From Ramazzottius varieornatus (taxonomy: Eukaryota > Animalia > Tardigrada): a stretch of 64,000 nucleotides of DNA. Position 1 is the stretch's first letter; each line of letters begins with the position of its first letter. This document shows positions 26,486 through 39,200 of this stretch, in pieces. The DNA is taken from positions 5,198,448-5,262,447 of the forward strand of contig BDGG01000002.1 in assembly GCA_001949185.1 (NCBI GenBank), given 5' to 3'. Position numbers and translations under genes: made by a program. Under the pieces are notes generated by a model, which saw nothing but the letters and a program-made list of their open reading frames with translations, had not been told where the DNA came from and searched no databases.

Positions 26486-27644
26486 ATGGAGCTTCGCAAT
26501 TTGTATGCTCTTCTTTTCATAAACACATCTAATACAAGCAGTTTATCGTCCTGCGACTGCGTATACGCAAAAGCAAAGCCTTGGAGGAAGACGCTTGGAA
26601 GGAAGAAGCCTTCGACTTGGATCGCTACAGCGAGAAAGAATGTCGATTCTACTTTCGGTTCAAACGGGAACATCTGGATCAGCTGCTAAATGTATTACGA
26701 TTTCCCAAAGTCGTGAAAAACATCTAGTAAAGTGTCAGCTTCAGGAATCGAAGCCTTGTGTATTGTCCTGCGAAGACTTACTTATCCAAACCGATGGACC
26801 GAGCTACGGAAGATGTTCGGTCGTTCCCAAGGATGTCTTACTCGGCTGTTCTACACCACTCTACGGATCATCGACAAGTCGTCTTCTGTGTTACGAACTT
26901 GGGACCATGAATGGCCGAAGGAAGACGACTTCGAACACTTTGCTTTTTCCATTGCAAAGAAAGGTGGGCCAGGAGTAGTGCCAGATGTGTTTGGTTCCAT
27001 CGATGGAAGAGCCAGGCCTGTTTGCCGGCTAAAGCTCTTCCAGCGACGTATGTTCAGCGGTCACAAACGAATTCACCGCACAAAATGGCAGTTAGTTGTG
27101 ATTCCCAATGGTAAACCTATATGCATTTATTCGAATCAAAGAAAACTTTATCGACCGGAAGTGGTGTTCAGTTTCTGTGTTTGCAGGATTGATTGTGAAT
27201 TTGTACGGTGGTCAAAGGGGTCCCATGCATGACAGTCGCTTGCTGAACGAAAGCAGGATCATGGATGATCTACGGGAAAAGCAAAATGGATTCCTACGAA
27301 GGTATCTCTTATATGGTGACAGCGGATACGCGAAGAAGAATGGAGTCCTGCACAAGCCGTTTTCCCGAGTCGAAATTAGGAACTCACGCGCTAAGAAAGA
27401 ACAAAACACGCTGATGTCGACGCTTCGACAGGCTGTCGAATGAAACTTCAAAGAAGTTGTCAAGAATTTTGCTTCTGTCGACTTTCGAAGACAAATGAAG
27501 ATGTACGAGATGCCAGCGACTACCCTCTACCGTGTTGCTGTTCTACTTACTAACTGCCATAACTGCTTGTACCCAAACCAGACAAGTAGATATTTTGATT
27601 TAGAGCCTCCGACGTTGTTTGAGTACTTGTCGAGTTTACCGTGA
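26486..27644 (+). pseudogene. Harbinger DDE_Tnp_4 (HARBI1-like) transposase, disrupted
   Basis: FRFKREHL, EALCIVLRRLTYPNRW, FGSIDG, FSGHKRIH, GPMHDSRLL, LYGDSGY, RQAVE[W>stop]NFKEV, LLTNCHNCLYPNQTSRYF. Frameshifts near 26530 and in the A-run at 26716-26720; in-frame TGA at 27441-27443. Confidence 0.85.
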
Positions 27645-27799
27645 GGAAGTCTGTTGCTGACAGTTCAAATCACGTATTCATATTCAAATGCAAATTCAAA
27701 TCACTTATTCGCCAGCTATGTTTGCATTGGGAAGTAAAGTTGACCATCGGAGAGCACTGGACGATCAGCACCAAAGTGTAGTCGCGTAATCAAGGACAA

Positions 27800-28846
27800 T
27801 CAGAACTCGAGCGGAGGGTATAACTTCTTAGATCCCATTTCGATACGAAACCTTTCGATCTCAAGCTCTTTTTCGTGCAGTTCCAGCTTTTTGGCTTCTA
27901 GATCATCCACTCTTTTTGACTCGGCTCCCTTGAAGGCATATTTGCGCTTAGCAGTCTCCTTGAACAGCTTGATGAACTTATCATCGGACACTTCCATTTC
28001 CGACGGCTTACTAGGACGCGACGTTCGAGGTTTCTTCGGTTTGTTTTCACCGACGTCGGCCTTTTCGTCAGCCTCAGCTCGCTTATTCTCCCGGTAATCC
28101 TTCTCTGTTTCCTAGTCTTGCTCATCACCTCCCATCTCGCGAAGAAATTCTTCCTTTTCTGCTTCATCTGCCCAAAACGAACCGAAATAGAAGTGTATAC
28201 GCAGTGATTCGCAGATGGATCGTTGCAGCAGACTTGAAAAATTTGCACATGATGTCATCTTCCGCCCATCATTGCCAGAGTAATACTCGCATATAATATG
28301 ACGTCATGTGCAGCTAGTCAAGCTTACCATCCAAATTATCAGCTGCTTTGTTGCGTCTCCCCGAACGGCCTTTCTCCCCCTCCACCATTACAGCTTCACC
28401 TGCGTAGTCGCGTTCTTTACTTTTGAAAGCTTCGGCTCGCGTTTTGGCATCTTTCTGCTTCTTGGAGTCATCTATAGCAGCGACGACTCGAGTCAGCAAT
28501 TCGTCGATGTGACCATACTGCTCTTCTGTTCCGGACTTCACCTTCTTCTTCAGATCATCACCACGGAAGGCTGTTACTAGGATGTTCACTCGGTTGATAG
28601 CGGCTCTGCTGTCTAGAGGCTTCTTGAAGATCTAGTACAAGAAACGCGTGTACGCTGTAGGCTGGGTATACAACGTGTTGCGCAAGGAAGGCTTACCTTC
28701 TCCTGGTTCAAGGTTCGTGTAATTCCCTCCCAGACTGCCGAAGGCCTGCTGGCAAAGTACGGATTCTTGGAGTCCACAAGGTCCAAGAGATCCAGATCAT
28801 GGATAGCCTTGGAGAAGTTCTTAGTGGAGGGTGATTCCTTTGCCAT
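27800..28846 (-). pseudogene. Harbinger-associated Myb/SANT-like DNA-binding partner gene, disrupted
   Basis: DLDLLDLVDSKNPY...SAVWEGITRTLN and KSGTEEQYGHIDELL followed by a charged coiled-coil tail (KKLELHEKELEIERFRIE); an apparent in-frame TAG at 28613-28615; convergent with the transposase. Confidence 0.6.
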
Positions 28847-29099
28847 TTTGGTTGTGAGGATCATAAGCGCCGGGAAAATTCTCGAAGACTAGAAGAAACT
28901 GGATGCAAAGGAAAACAAATGCGTATACGCCGTCCAAACTTTCGCTAAAGTGCGGAGGCCGCAGAAGACAAGCTTACGTAGCGACACAGGCTCGCGGAAC
29001 GGGTGACTGGTGATTCCAACAGGAATTCACCATCTGTTACTAGATTTAACTTTCCATACCTCAGCGTGACTGAATCGCAGGGATCAGCGCGTTTCAAGA

Positions 29100-30927
29100 A
29101 TGCACCGGAAGTATCGGACAAGACTGCTGGTAGTGGACATTGGATCTACCAACCTGAAAGCAACCTTGTTCGAGGCTCGGCTCGATGAAAGGACGTCAGG
29201 TGATGCAACTGGGGGGTCTGGAAACATGCTGTCTGTCGCGAATGACGAGGACGAGCAAGATTATTCTGTTTTCAGCTTCGACCGGAAGTCATCCCTGAGC
29301 CCAGTAAAGACCGCCGATTCACCTGCATGGACTATGAAATCTGTCGGCACATTCCGCTGTCCGACTGTTATGACCAGCATCGTCAAGGACAACGGTGAAA
29401 TATGGACGGAGATAGATCCTAACGTCTTGATGCGGGATGTGGTACAACTTATGAGACATTGTTTACGAGAGAGTAATGTAACATGGGAAGAAGTTGATAC
29501 TTTCGGGATAACTTCCCAGCGGAATACGTTCCTACTATATGACATGCTCGAAAAGACGCCCATGCAGCAGTTCATCTCGTGGAAGGATACGCGCTGTAAG
29601 GAGATAGTTCGACGATGGAACAGCAACTGGTTCTTACGAGCCATTCGGTTTGGTGGGCGCTTGATCAGTTCAATCTTTGCTTTCACTTTTGCCGTCCTGA
29701 GTGCCGCCGTCTTCTTCCGGACAACCCACATCCTGCCGAGGCTGTCGTGGTTGAGAAAGCACAGGAAGTTTGATATGAGAACGTCTCGTCTATGCCACAT
29801 AGATGCGTACGTTCTAGCTCAGTTAACAGGATCGGAGGAGTTCCAGATCGACGTTTCGGCTGCAAGTTGCTCGGGATTCTACGATCCAACTTTACTCGGC
29901 TGGAGCTGGCCTTTTCTTTTCTTCTTCAGAATTCTCCGGACATTCCTTCCTACCGTGCTACCAAGCGCTCATTACTTCGGAGACATATGTGACAAGTATT
30001 TTGGGTCCTCGAAACCTGTCACTGCGATGTCCGCAGACCAGTCCGCAGGTAAAGTCTTCCTTCGCCATCGTGTAAACTATGGAGGTGTCGCAACTTCTCA
30101 GCTTCGAATAAACTCAAACGGTCATCTTATGGTTTTTATCCTCAGCGGCATTTGGACACTTCCTCGTCGAACTGGGACAGGCTAAGCTAACTCTGGGGAC
30201 TGGTGCCTTCCTATCCGTCAACACTGGTGGGCGGCTGGTGTTTTCTTCTGCGGAAAATATTTACACCTTGCTTGGGTGTCAGATGAGCAGCAAGTTCGAT
30301 CCTCCTTACTTAGTAGAAGCTCAGGTTGAAGAGTATGGCCAGTTTGTAAGTTGGGTCATCAATAATAAGTTTCCTTTGGGCGGGAACTGCCTGGTGCCCG
30401 AGGTTTTACAGGATAGCATGGAGCACTGTCCTTATTTCCTGTCACCTACTCATGGATTTGTAACGGGTGGAGGGGAAATTTTCGTTCCGGTGAATTTTTC
30501 AGATGTACATACCTATTTTGCAGTTTTAGAAGCTTTATCTTTTATCCTTTACCGACGCGTCACTCGACTAGCCACGATGGTGCACATCGCGTACCCGCTG
30601 CGGGCTGATGGCGGGGTTTCCGCTTCTACGGACCTTCTTGTTTTACTTGCCAGTATGCTCAACCAATCGATAATCAAGCCAAAAGGTTCTCTGGAGATGG
30701 CTAGTTTCGGTTGTGCTGTTCTGGCTGGGATTGGATGTGGCTTCTGGGACCCGGAAGAAGCCATTACTTTTTCTGACTCTGTGGATTATGAGAAAATTTT
30801 ACCTTTAAATCGGCCATGCCGAGACTTTTTACTACGTCGTATTGAACATAGAATGGCTTTATGTGAAAAATTTGCAGTTGGTGCTTGCTTTTATCCTCCG
30901 GATGTTCCTTCCATTAGAGCTGAATGA
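29100..30927 (+). CDS. FGGY-family carbohydrate kinase, glycerol kinase 5-like
   Basis: VVDIGSTNLKA, GITSQRNTF, FISWKDTR, DVSAASCSGFYDP, SADQSA, AKLTLGTGAFLSVNTG, LRADGGVS, EMASFGCAVLAGIGCGFW; a single intron at ~30049-30146. Confidence 0.8.
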
Positions 30928-31367
30928 AACTGTTTTTCTCCGTTCTGCGCATGACGGCGTCGCAAAGTTAATAAACAGGGGCCTTAAGCGGGTAAGCTGT
31001 GACATCATCGCGTGGACAGTGGGCAGCACGTTCTGCCACCTCAGGCGTGACGACATGCGTTGCAACGTCGTGAACCAGCGACAGGTGACAGCTTAGCCGT
31101 TGGGTTTATTTCGGACGTTTTCGGTAGATCTGATAAGTCGAGCTGGATCTCCTCCAGCCTTTTGTAGTTGATCCGCAAGTCCTTGAAAGCGTTTCCGTTC
31201 GTGGTGACGAACTAGCTAGCTGAAGCAGAGGCAAACTGTCCGTGGAGCAAATCAGCTGTTGGGCGACAAATCTACAGGTGGGTTGAGATCTGTTCCTCAC
31301 TGTTTGCTACAGTGGATCTCAGGGTGGTTACCTGTTGTCTTGTGTTCTAGGATAAGGAAAAGTCAGG

Positions 31368-34300
31368 ATGTCGGATACAGCGCAAAATGGATCTCCTTTT
31401 GGATTCATGATGGCGGACGCACCAAAACAGAACTCTCAACCTGGACTTTCGACCGAGAAGTATTGTCAGGTGATCGGCTCTTGGCGCGAACGACTGAAGG
31501 AAGAGCTCGAAAAGAAGGTAAGGTCTGACAGTTCTACCGATTCATCAAGTGCTCCTTTTCCGAGCACGAGGACAATCTCATCCGTCTTTCAGGATTCCGA
31601 GATCGCTGGAAGCAGCTCCACTGACGACATCCTTCTCGGCAAGCTTCATGAGATTCTGAGGAACCAGGAAGGTGTCCGCGGAGCAGTTCTTGAGGAAACA
31701 TCGAAACGGCTGCAGTTTCTCTCCCGGTAAGACGACTGACCAAACGCGGCCGAACACTTGCGTTTCAATCATGTCGAGCTAATCTGGGAATGGAAATTGT
31801 CTCCACTAGATTCAGCCACCTGGAGGATGCACTGGGAGTCATCCGTGAGCATACCGAAGACATGCAAGCCATCTCCGCAGAATGTTAGTTAGAACTTTTG
31901 AATTTGGTGTGTTCTATTATTCTGCCCTGTTTCGTTATGGTCCGAAGTTTGTTTTCACATACTCTTCTCTAGTTATGAAGGTTCAGAAGCTCCGGACGGA
32001 TAAGCGTCAAGTCTTGACTCAAAGATACAAGGTAAATAGGAAACCTCCTTGGTACGCCAGGCGAAATATGAATCAGTCAGAAATTTCATTCCCTGGCAAA
32101 ATGGTTTACCTGAAAACGAAGCAGAGACTGTTAACGTTTGATGAGATGGTTTTTTCGTTCCAGGAAGCGTTGCTTTTCTTGGAAAAACTCGAAGTCGACC
32201 AAGAGACGTCTCGAAATGAGGCAAAAGATCGATGTAAGGTTTTCTTCGATGGCTACGAACGAAATATCCTGACAAATGGTCGTACCTGATCTGATGAACT
32301 AATCGGTGGTAGTGAACGTCCAGCTTCGAAAGAATGCAGAATTCGCTGTCGAAGTCCTCCGTGTGAATAACCAGGTTAGTAGCGCTTCCAGGAGGTCCGG
32401 TATAACCAAGAAAGACCAGCACACACGGATTTCCATAGTCACTTCCGCCTTTGTAGGAAGTAACCGGAAAGTAATGCTTAGTTGTACGAAATACGAGGTG
32501 GTTAGACTAAAGATGTTTACACTTCACAGATGACCATTCACGGCCGCGAGCTAAGCGAAAAGCTTCTTGTTGCGCGTTCGTGGCGCTCTCGTCTCGATGA
32601 ACTGCGCAGCTCGCTGGATCTGGAGCAGAGTACACGAGGTGAGTGGGTCATCACTTCAACTGTGACGAAAAGAAATGGCAGAATGTCAGATCTATCCAGA
32701 TACCAATTTTGGAGAATTACGATGTTCTCTTTTGTTCGCTGCAGACCTGATCGCAAAAGATACCGAGACCATGGATGTTTCCGAACGAGAAAAACAGTTT
32801 TCTCTCGCAGCAATTAAAGAAGCGGAACGCGATCTTACGGTGAGCTCAGCTTAGGTGTTTTGTTAGGGTCAGCTCCTCAGTATGAGTACCGTAGTAGGTT
32901 TTGTTTACGCACAATTCCTTTTTGACAGGAAAAACTGGATAAGTGCAAAGTGGATTCAGGTGAACTGTTCGCCGCTGCTAACACATGTGTGGCAAAATCA
33001 GCCGACATCTCGTCAGCAATTCGAAATCACCAAGAAGATCATTCCACAAAGAAGAACGTCCTTGAGAACCGACAAAACGAAAACGTTCTGCGTGTCGGTG
33101 ACAAGACTTCCAGGTACGTACTCGTACTTCAAAAATATTCATTCTTGAGTTAGCAGTTCTCGAGCTGTGTGACGATCACGACCATGGCAGACTTCTGCGA
33201 TTTTTCGTCCAGTTCTGTAACCGATGATTGAGCTTATGAATCTCGGTACGTTTCATTTCAGAATTGGTGGTTTGGAAGCGGTGAAGCTGAAGTTACAAGG
33301 AGAGATCGCTGAGTACTCTGAGACCAACGGTAAGCTCGTAACTTGGTTCCCAGCTCTGCCTGCCCAATCTGTATGGAATAATACTATCTAGTTTGTGTCA
33401 AATCATCGTAGAATCGTCCCGGAAGTTCGTTGTTGAAGTATCGGAAAGCCTCGCTCGCCTTCGAGTTGAGAAGGTACGATACTGCCGATAAATACAAATT
33501 TCAGCACGATAATTAAGATATAGATTATTTTCTTGTCATCATTCATGCGGTACTGTCTAGGATCGTGCTGTGGCAGCTCTGGCTATGGTCAGTGCAAAAA
33601 GGACCTCTTTGCTTGATGGTGTCGATGTGCAGGACCACGATCGCGTTCAGCAGGTCGACCAGCTGAAGGTACGAGTGACTATTACTTACGGTAGTTCGGT
33701 GTTGTAAAGCATTCTGTTTGGTTTTAGTCGCAAACGCAAATGCTGTTGGCGAAACAAAGGGACGTGGAAAGCAATCTTCAGTCTTTGGCCTCAAAGAATA
33801 AGGAGGAACAGGCTCGTACCGAGGGGCGACAGAGTCTGGAGAACCTCCAGAATACAGTACAGCGACTTCGGAATGCGAACAACGAGGTTGGTTCACTGTG
33901 TATGAAACCTGAGTTTTCCGTTTCGTAACGGTAAAAAATACGATACGCGTGGTCTCACCGTGGAAATTGGAATTTTGGCGTCTTGCAGGGTCTGTCTCCT
34001 GATGAAGCTTCGACCGAACTGCAGAAGCAGAAAAAGAAGAATACCGAGCTAGCGGACGGGCTGAAAGAAGCAGAGGCTGAATTAGCGACCTGGTCAGGTT
34101 CTCGCAAGGTTCTGGATCTTAACTCATCAAAGTTTTTACCATCCTCGCCCTTTGTACTGCTAAGTTTACCGTCACTTTCTATGACGACACACTTGTTTTG
34201 ACATAGTCAAACGAAAATGCGCTCGAGGAACAAAAGAATGAGATCCAGAAGTTGAATGATTACCTGAAGAGTGCAAAGAAGAAACTCGCCGAGACCAAGG

Positions 34301-35309
34301 TCAGTGCGAGTTCTGCTAACAACACTGCACTGAATCAAAGCCGTTGTATTTTTCACCACTATTTTGCTTCAGAAATTTTCTGAAAGACTGGCGCAGTCCA
34401 CAGATGTTGACGAGATGTTTTTGCAAAGGCTGGCTCAACAGGTGAGACTTTTATCGAAATGTGTTTCTTGGAGTAGTTAAGGATTCTCAGGTTTCCCAAT
34501 TGACAGGGAATGGTAACTGGTGACGAGAGTTTATGCGTGAGATCTTTTCTTGTTTCAGCAAGAACTGACGACATCGGTGGCTACTCGCAGATCGAAATGC
34601 GACGAGGAAGTAACGAAGGGAGTTCTTATGGTGAGGTGGCTAGTATGAATGGTTTTCAGGTCGAAACGGAACCTGAGTGTCTTTTCGTGGACACGGGGCT
34701 CTGTGCGAGGTTCTAAAGAATGAGCTATAGCCTATAGGTTTTTACTCCGTACATTCTGTGTACGTAGGTGAAGCATAAAGAATCCACCGAGATAACTTTG
34801 GACAACTTGAACAAGGAAGTCAAGGTGCTGCAGGTAGTGTGATTGATTGCTCTATTGTTTAAAGACTGAATATTCTATTGACAGCTTTCCTCATGTTGTT
34901 ATGTAGGAGGAACGACGAAAAGCCGAAGCTCGAGCGAAGATGGCCGCTCCAATTCAGAGTCCCGTCAAACGTCAGCTCATTGTACAAGGCGCGGCTTCAA
35001 AGTCACCCGCCAAACGCCCAGTTCGAGTTCCTCAACGAACTTACCAAGAAGATGAGGAAGTCAGCAGCCAACCTTCAGTAACGGTAAGAGGCCCTCACAC
35101 TCTCAATCGCAATATTCGGCAGTCTCCTCTTTCTTCCTTAGGACTCGGATGATTCTGCCTTCAGTATGCATCTGCCTATACGAAGTACGCAGCCACCTCG
35201 CCAGCCTCGAGAAGCCCGAGCTCCGCCACCTACTGCGCGACCAATGAATTCCAGAAGGGATGTGGACAACGAACCTCACCGTGGATATCAGACTATGGAC
35301 GACTTCTGA
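31368..35309 (+). CDS. Uncharacterised long coiled-coil protein (many short exons)
   Basis: A series of GT-AG-flanked exons with E/K/Q/L heptad content (WRERLKEELEKK, LENLQNTVQRLRNANNE, ELQKQKKKNTELADGLKEAEAEL) and a Pro/Arg/Ser-rich tail ending YQTMDDF*. Confidence 0.6.
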
Positions 35310-36258
35310 CGTCAGAGGTACTGTTTTCTCAAAGTAGTGCAGTAAAGGATGTTGAGGTACCTTCTAAGCGCGCTAATGTCATGATGTCCTTTCAGAATAA
35401 CGTTCTGGAAACTAGACACAAGCATATAGGGGCGTGGTCGACTTCTTGTTTTCGTTTACGGTTTCTGTTGTTGTGAAAGAGCTCCGGTTTGTGTTTCACA
35501 ATGTACGGTAATTTATTTCCTAGCTTATTTGTTCGGTAGAGCGTTGACAGACCCGCCGCTTCCTCGTTTTACCAACACCATTTCTTGGGGTTCTTCCTGT
35601 TGTCTAGCTGTTGGAGTCTGGCTGTATTCAGTCGGCTTTTTCTCTTCAAAAAACCGATCACGTGATTGAATCCATGTGTCTTCATGTAGTTTGTAATTAA
35701 ATAGACAAACTGGAATGCGTGCGCGCGGTTAATGATCTGAAAGGTTGTCTGCTGGATTATCCTTCATCTGCCCAAAGGTGAGTTTCTTTGGTGCGCCGAC
35801 ATCACTCGGATATTGACGGTGGTAATATTAGTTCGGCTAATCATCCTTCCCGCGTAGGCAGGGTTCCTCACTTGTTGTCGCTGTTCAGCGGAATTGCCCA
35901 ATGGATTGCCCCACCTGTCTTGAAACCCGAGCCATTAATTAGCGCAGATCGATTTCGTGGCATCCGACCGGTAGGCTCACTTTTCTTTCGCTTACCTAAA
36001 AGAGCGTAAATAGCGGAAAACACTTGCTTGATCTCCTTTCCAATAAGTCCCTCGCGGAATTAAAGTGATTAACATCGTCCCCATCACGATCATTTTTCGC
36101 TCACGCAGCAATGTGACGGAAGCTGCACGGAGAGTTTCCTCTCCGAGCATTTCAAATCATTCCAGATTAGTTTTTCACCGCGAAGGCAGTGTATCAGTTC
36201 GTATCCAGACATCTTTATTCATTGTTCTGCCAAAAATGCAATTACTGCTCTACCAAAA

Positions 36259-39200
36259 ATGCGAGCATCATACTTCTCGCTTTTGTTGACTTTCTGTACA
36301 AGTTTTCACAACCCGGAAGCTGCAGTCTTGGGTGTCAATGCCACTGTATTCCGTTCTTATGGCACAGTTTTCCCGCCCCTGGATCCACATACTGTTCCCT
36401 CTCTTGATCCTAACACGGCTACTGTTTTGACTCTTTGTGAGTTGTGGGAAAATGACAGCATCCCGGTGACACCAGGTATACTTCCGTAGCATTGCAGGCT
36501 CAGTCTGTTTACCATGATAATGTACGGCCAGAAATGAAAATCTGTATCGCAAGTGAATAGTGATGCACGCTTCCAATTGATAACAAACTAACAAAGAATA
36601 AGTGCGCCACTTAAGTTACAACAGCCATCTTGTATGTTTTCTTTGCCGACCTTCCACAGGGTTCTCATAGTCTGTTTTGTTTCGATGGTATCTTCAATTG
36701 ATAGGGATAGAATGTGCTCTTCAAAGAATCTCACCGCATCTCGCGCAAAAGAATATCACCTTTCGGCTGTTACGTCGTTCCATACCCAGTGGTTGCGATG
36801 ACAGTACCCTCTTGGCGGTATCTCCCACCCTCGTAGACATGCATCTGAGTCAGTCGCACGGAGGTTGCCACCTAGTCATTGGACCTTCCTGCTCGGAACC
36901 CATGGAGAACATTCGAGGTTTGGTCCAGTACTGGAACATTCCGGTGGTGACTTCAGGAGCCAGCGGGATAAAGTTCTCCGACAAGAAGCGAACGGACGTT
37001 CTGACCAGATTTGGCTACACTCAAGAAGATGTGTCATTCTTCCTCATTAAAGTGCTGGATTACTTCAACTGGACCAACGTTGTGTTTGTAGGTTCTCAAC
37101 TATTTCACTATCAAATGGGGCGTGGGCAGATGAATGGAGCATTTTTTACCTTGTTCTTGACTGAAACTGTGCGCCCCTTGGAAAAACGATCTGGTTCAGA
37201 TCATTTGCCCACATCCTAAATCGTTCTTGAGCCCTCTCGACCTGGATATGATTGCAGTTATATGACGTGGATTCGCCCATGTCTAATGACTTTCAGTCAT
37301 CGTTTCAACAAGTCATACAGTCCCAAAGGACTGATCTGTACAGGAGCATCGAGTTTCTCAAGGTGATGCTGGAAAAAAACGCGGATGTCCGGTGGATGAG
37401 GGACACGCTGGCAACGAGCAGCGAAAGAGCGCGCAGTAAGTACATAGGTATTTAGTCCACTCGTTATTGTGCGAGTACCCAAAGTGGCAACCCAACTGGC
37501 TCAAGTAGTACACACGCAGCGTGCAAAACATTAGGAATTGTTTTGTAGTATACGTCTTGGCTGCTGCACCTCCTTTGGTCAATGAAATCATGGTGAGCTC
37601 GACTGGTTTCGTCGGCAGTCTTATCGGTACGGGATCGTAGCCCTCGAAAATTCATTCTTGACATTATAGCTTGCGGCATCGGAACTGGGAATGTTGACTT
37701 CCGAATATGTAGGCTCGCGAGCTGTTGTCCTATTCGTCTCAAACGCGTCCTCGCGCTTGAGTATTGAGATACACTCGTGGCGTATTTTGTTGGACCTATT
37801 GTAGGTGTACATCACCACGAATCTAATAGAGAGCAGAGCCCATGGGTTTTCGGATTTGGCTTTCTTTGACAGAAAAGCCCAGAACGATACGGTAAGGATT
37901 TCTGACCGTTTTCCCTGTTACACCCGACCGACTTTGTTTTACCATTAAAAATCTTGCAGAAGGCTGGGAGAATTTTCGATAGTCTGTTGCTAATTCGGAT
38001 GAAACTGCCAGCCGACGATCCTTTGAACAAGGAGGAGTATGAACAGTTCGCGGACTCTGTCAAACAGATATCGCGCATGTCGTACAACTATACCTACTCA
38101 CCCGGAGAGCAGGTTTGCCACAAGCTTGTAGGGTTCTCTGTGTGGTCCACACTTACCGATCTTCTCGATCCACAGGTTACACATTTGGTTTTGGGCATTT
38201 GGGATGCGGTGATGTTTTACGGTTTGGTTCGTGGCTTGTTTTTTGTCATGATTCTAACCGAATCGAAATAATATTGCTCTCTTAAAGGCACTGAATGCCA
38301 CGCTGTCTTCGAACGGAGATATCTACGATGGTCGAACCATAACGTCCAAAATCTGGGGTCACAGCTTCAGGGGAGTCGTGATAGAGTGCACTATCAGCCC
38401 GTATGGCGATCGTAACTTTCCGTACTTCCTGGAGGACTACAACACCAGAAACCGAGCATTCCAGGTATGGCGCGCGTTTCACTCTTCTCCTAAGGTGTAT
38501 GTTTATAAGAATGTCTCAATACTGTCGTTCCCTATTAGCCGGTTCTCTGGCTGGACAATGAAAGACAGCAGTTGCTGAAGGTCGACGCGAAGTCCAGCAT
38601 ACACTGGCCGGGCGACCTCAAAGAACCACCGCCCAACATGCCGGTTTGTGGCTACTCTGGCAAAAGGGGGGCTTGTGCACTAACTAGTATGTTGACGTTC
38701 TTGCATTTCCTGCATCATTAAAACAATCGCCATCACATGCTTAATTACAGTCTTATTTTTGCTTCTGCTATTAGCTTTACCTTCATACGCCACAATTCTG
38801 ATTGCGTTGACGTGCCTAGGAATCGTCGGAAGTGCCTCCATCTTTTACCTTTACCGGTAAGTGACTTTCATAATCGTAAACAGTTTCGATTGGTCGAGAT
38901 GACCAATTTGAAAAAAATATCCCGACACAGCAATATGTCAATGCGTTCTTTGATATGAATTTGTTTGTCGCAGGTGGAAGCTAAAAATTCTGAACGATGA
39001 TTCATGGAAGATAAAGATCACTGAAATCGTACTGGTAAGGTTTTATATTGAATTTTAGCTGAACAGGGAAACTCTTTTCGACAGCTTTCTTATGGTTTTG
39101 CATAGAAGGAACGGCGCAACGTAAATGAAAGCAGCTCTAAAGGCATCGGTAGTTCCCTCAAGAGCTTGGGCACAGGAACGGACGATGCCCGTACAGTGGC

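Larger units (their letters stand above)
26304..28873. mobile_element. Degenerate PIF/Harbinger-type DNA transposon with two convergent genes
   Basis: HARBI1-like DDE transposase on + and a Myb/SANT-like partner on -, bounded by a 15-bp imperfect inverted repeat (ccggcgcttacgatc at 26304-26318; gatcataagcgccgg at 28859-28873). No convincing TSD was found, so the boundaries are tentative. Confidence 0.7.
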
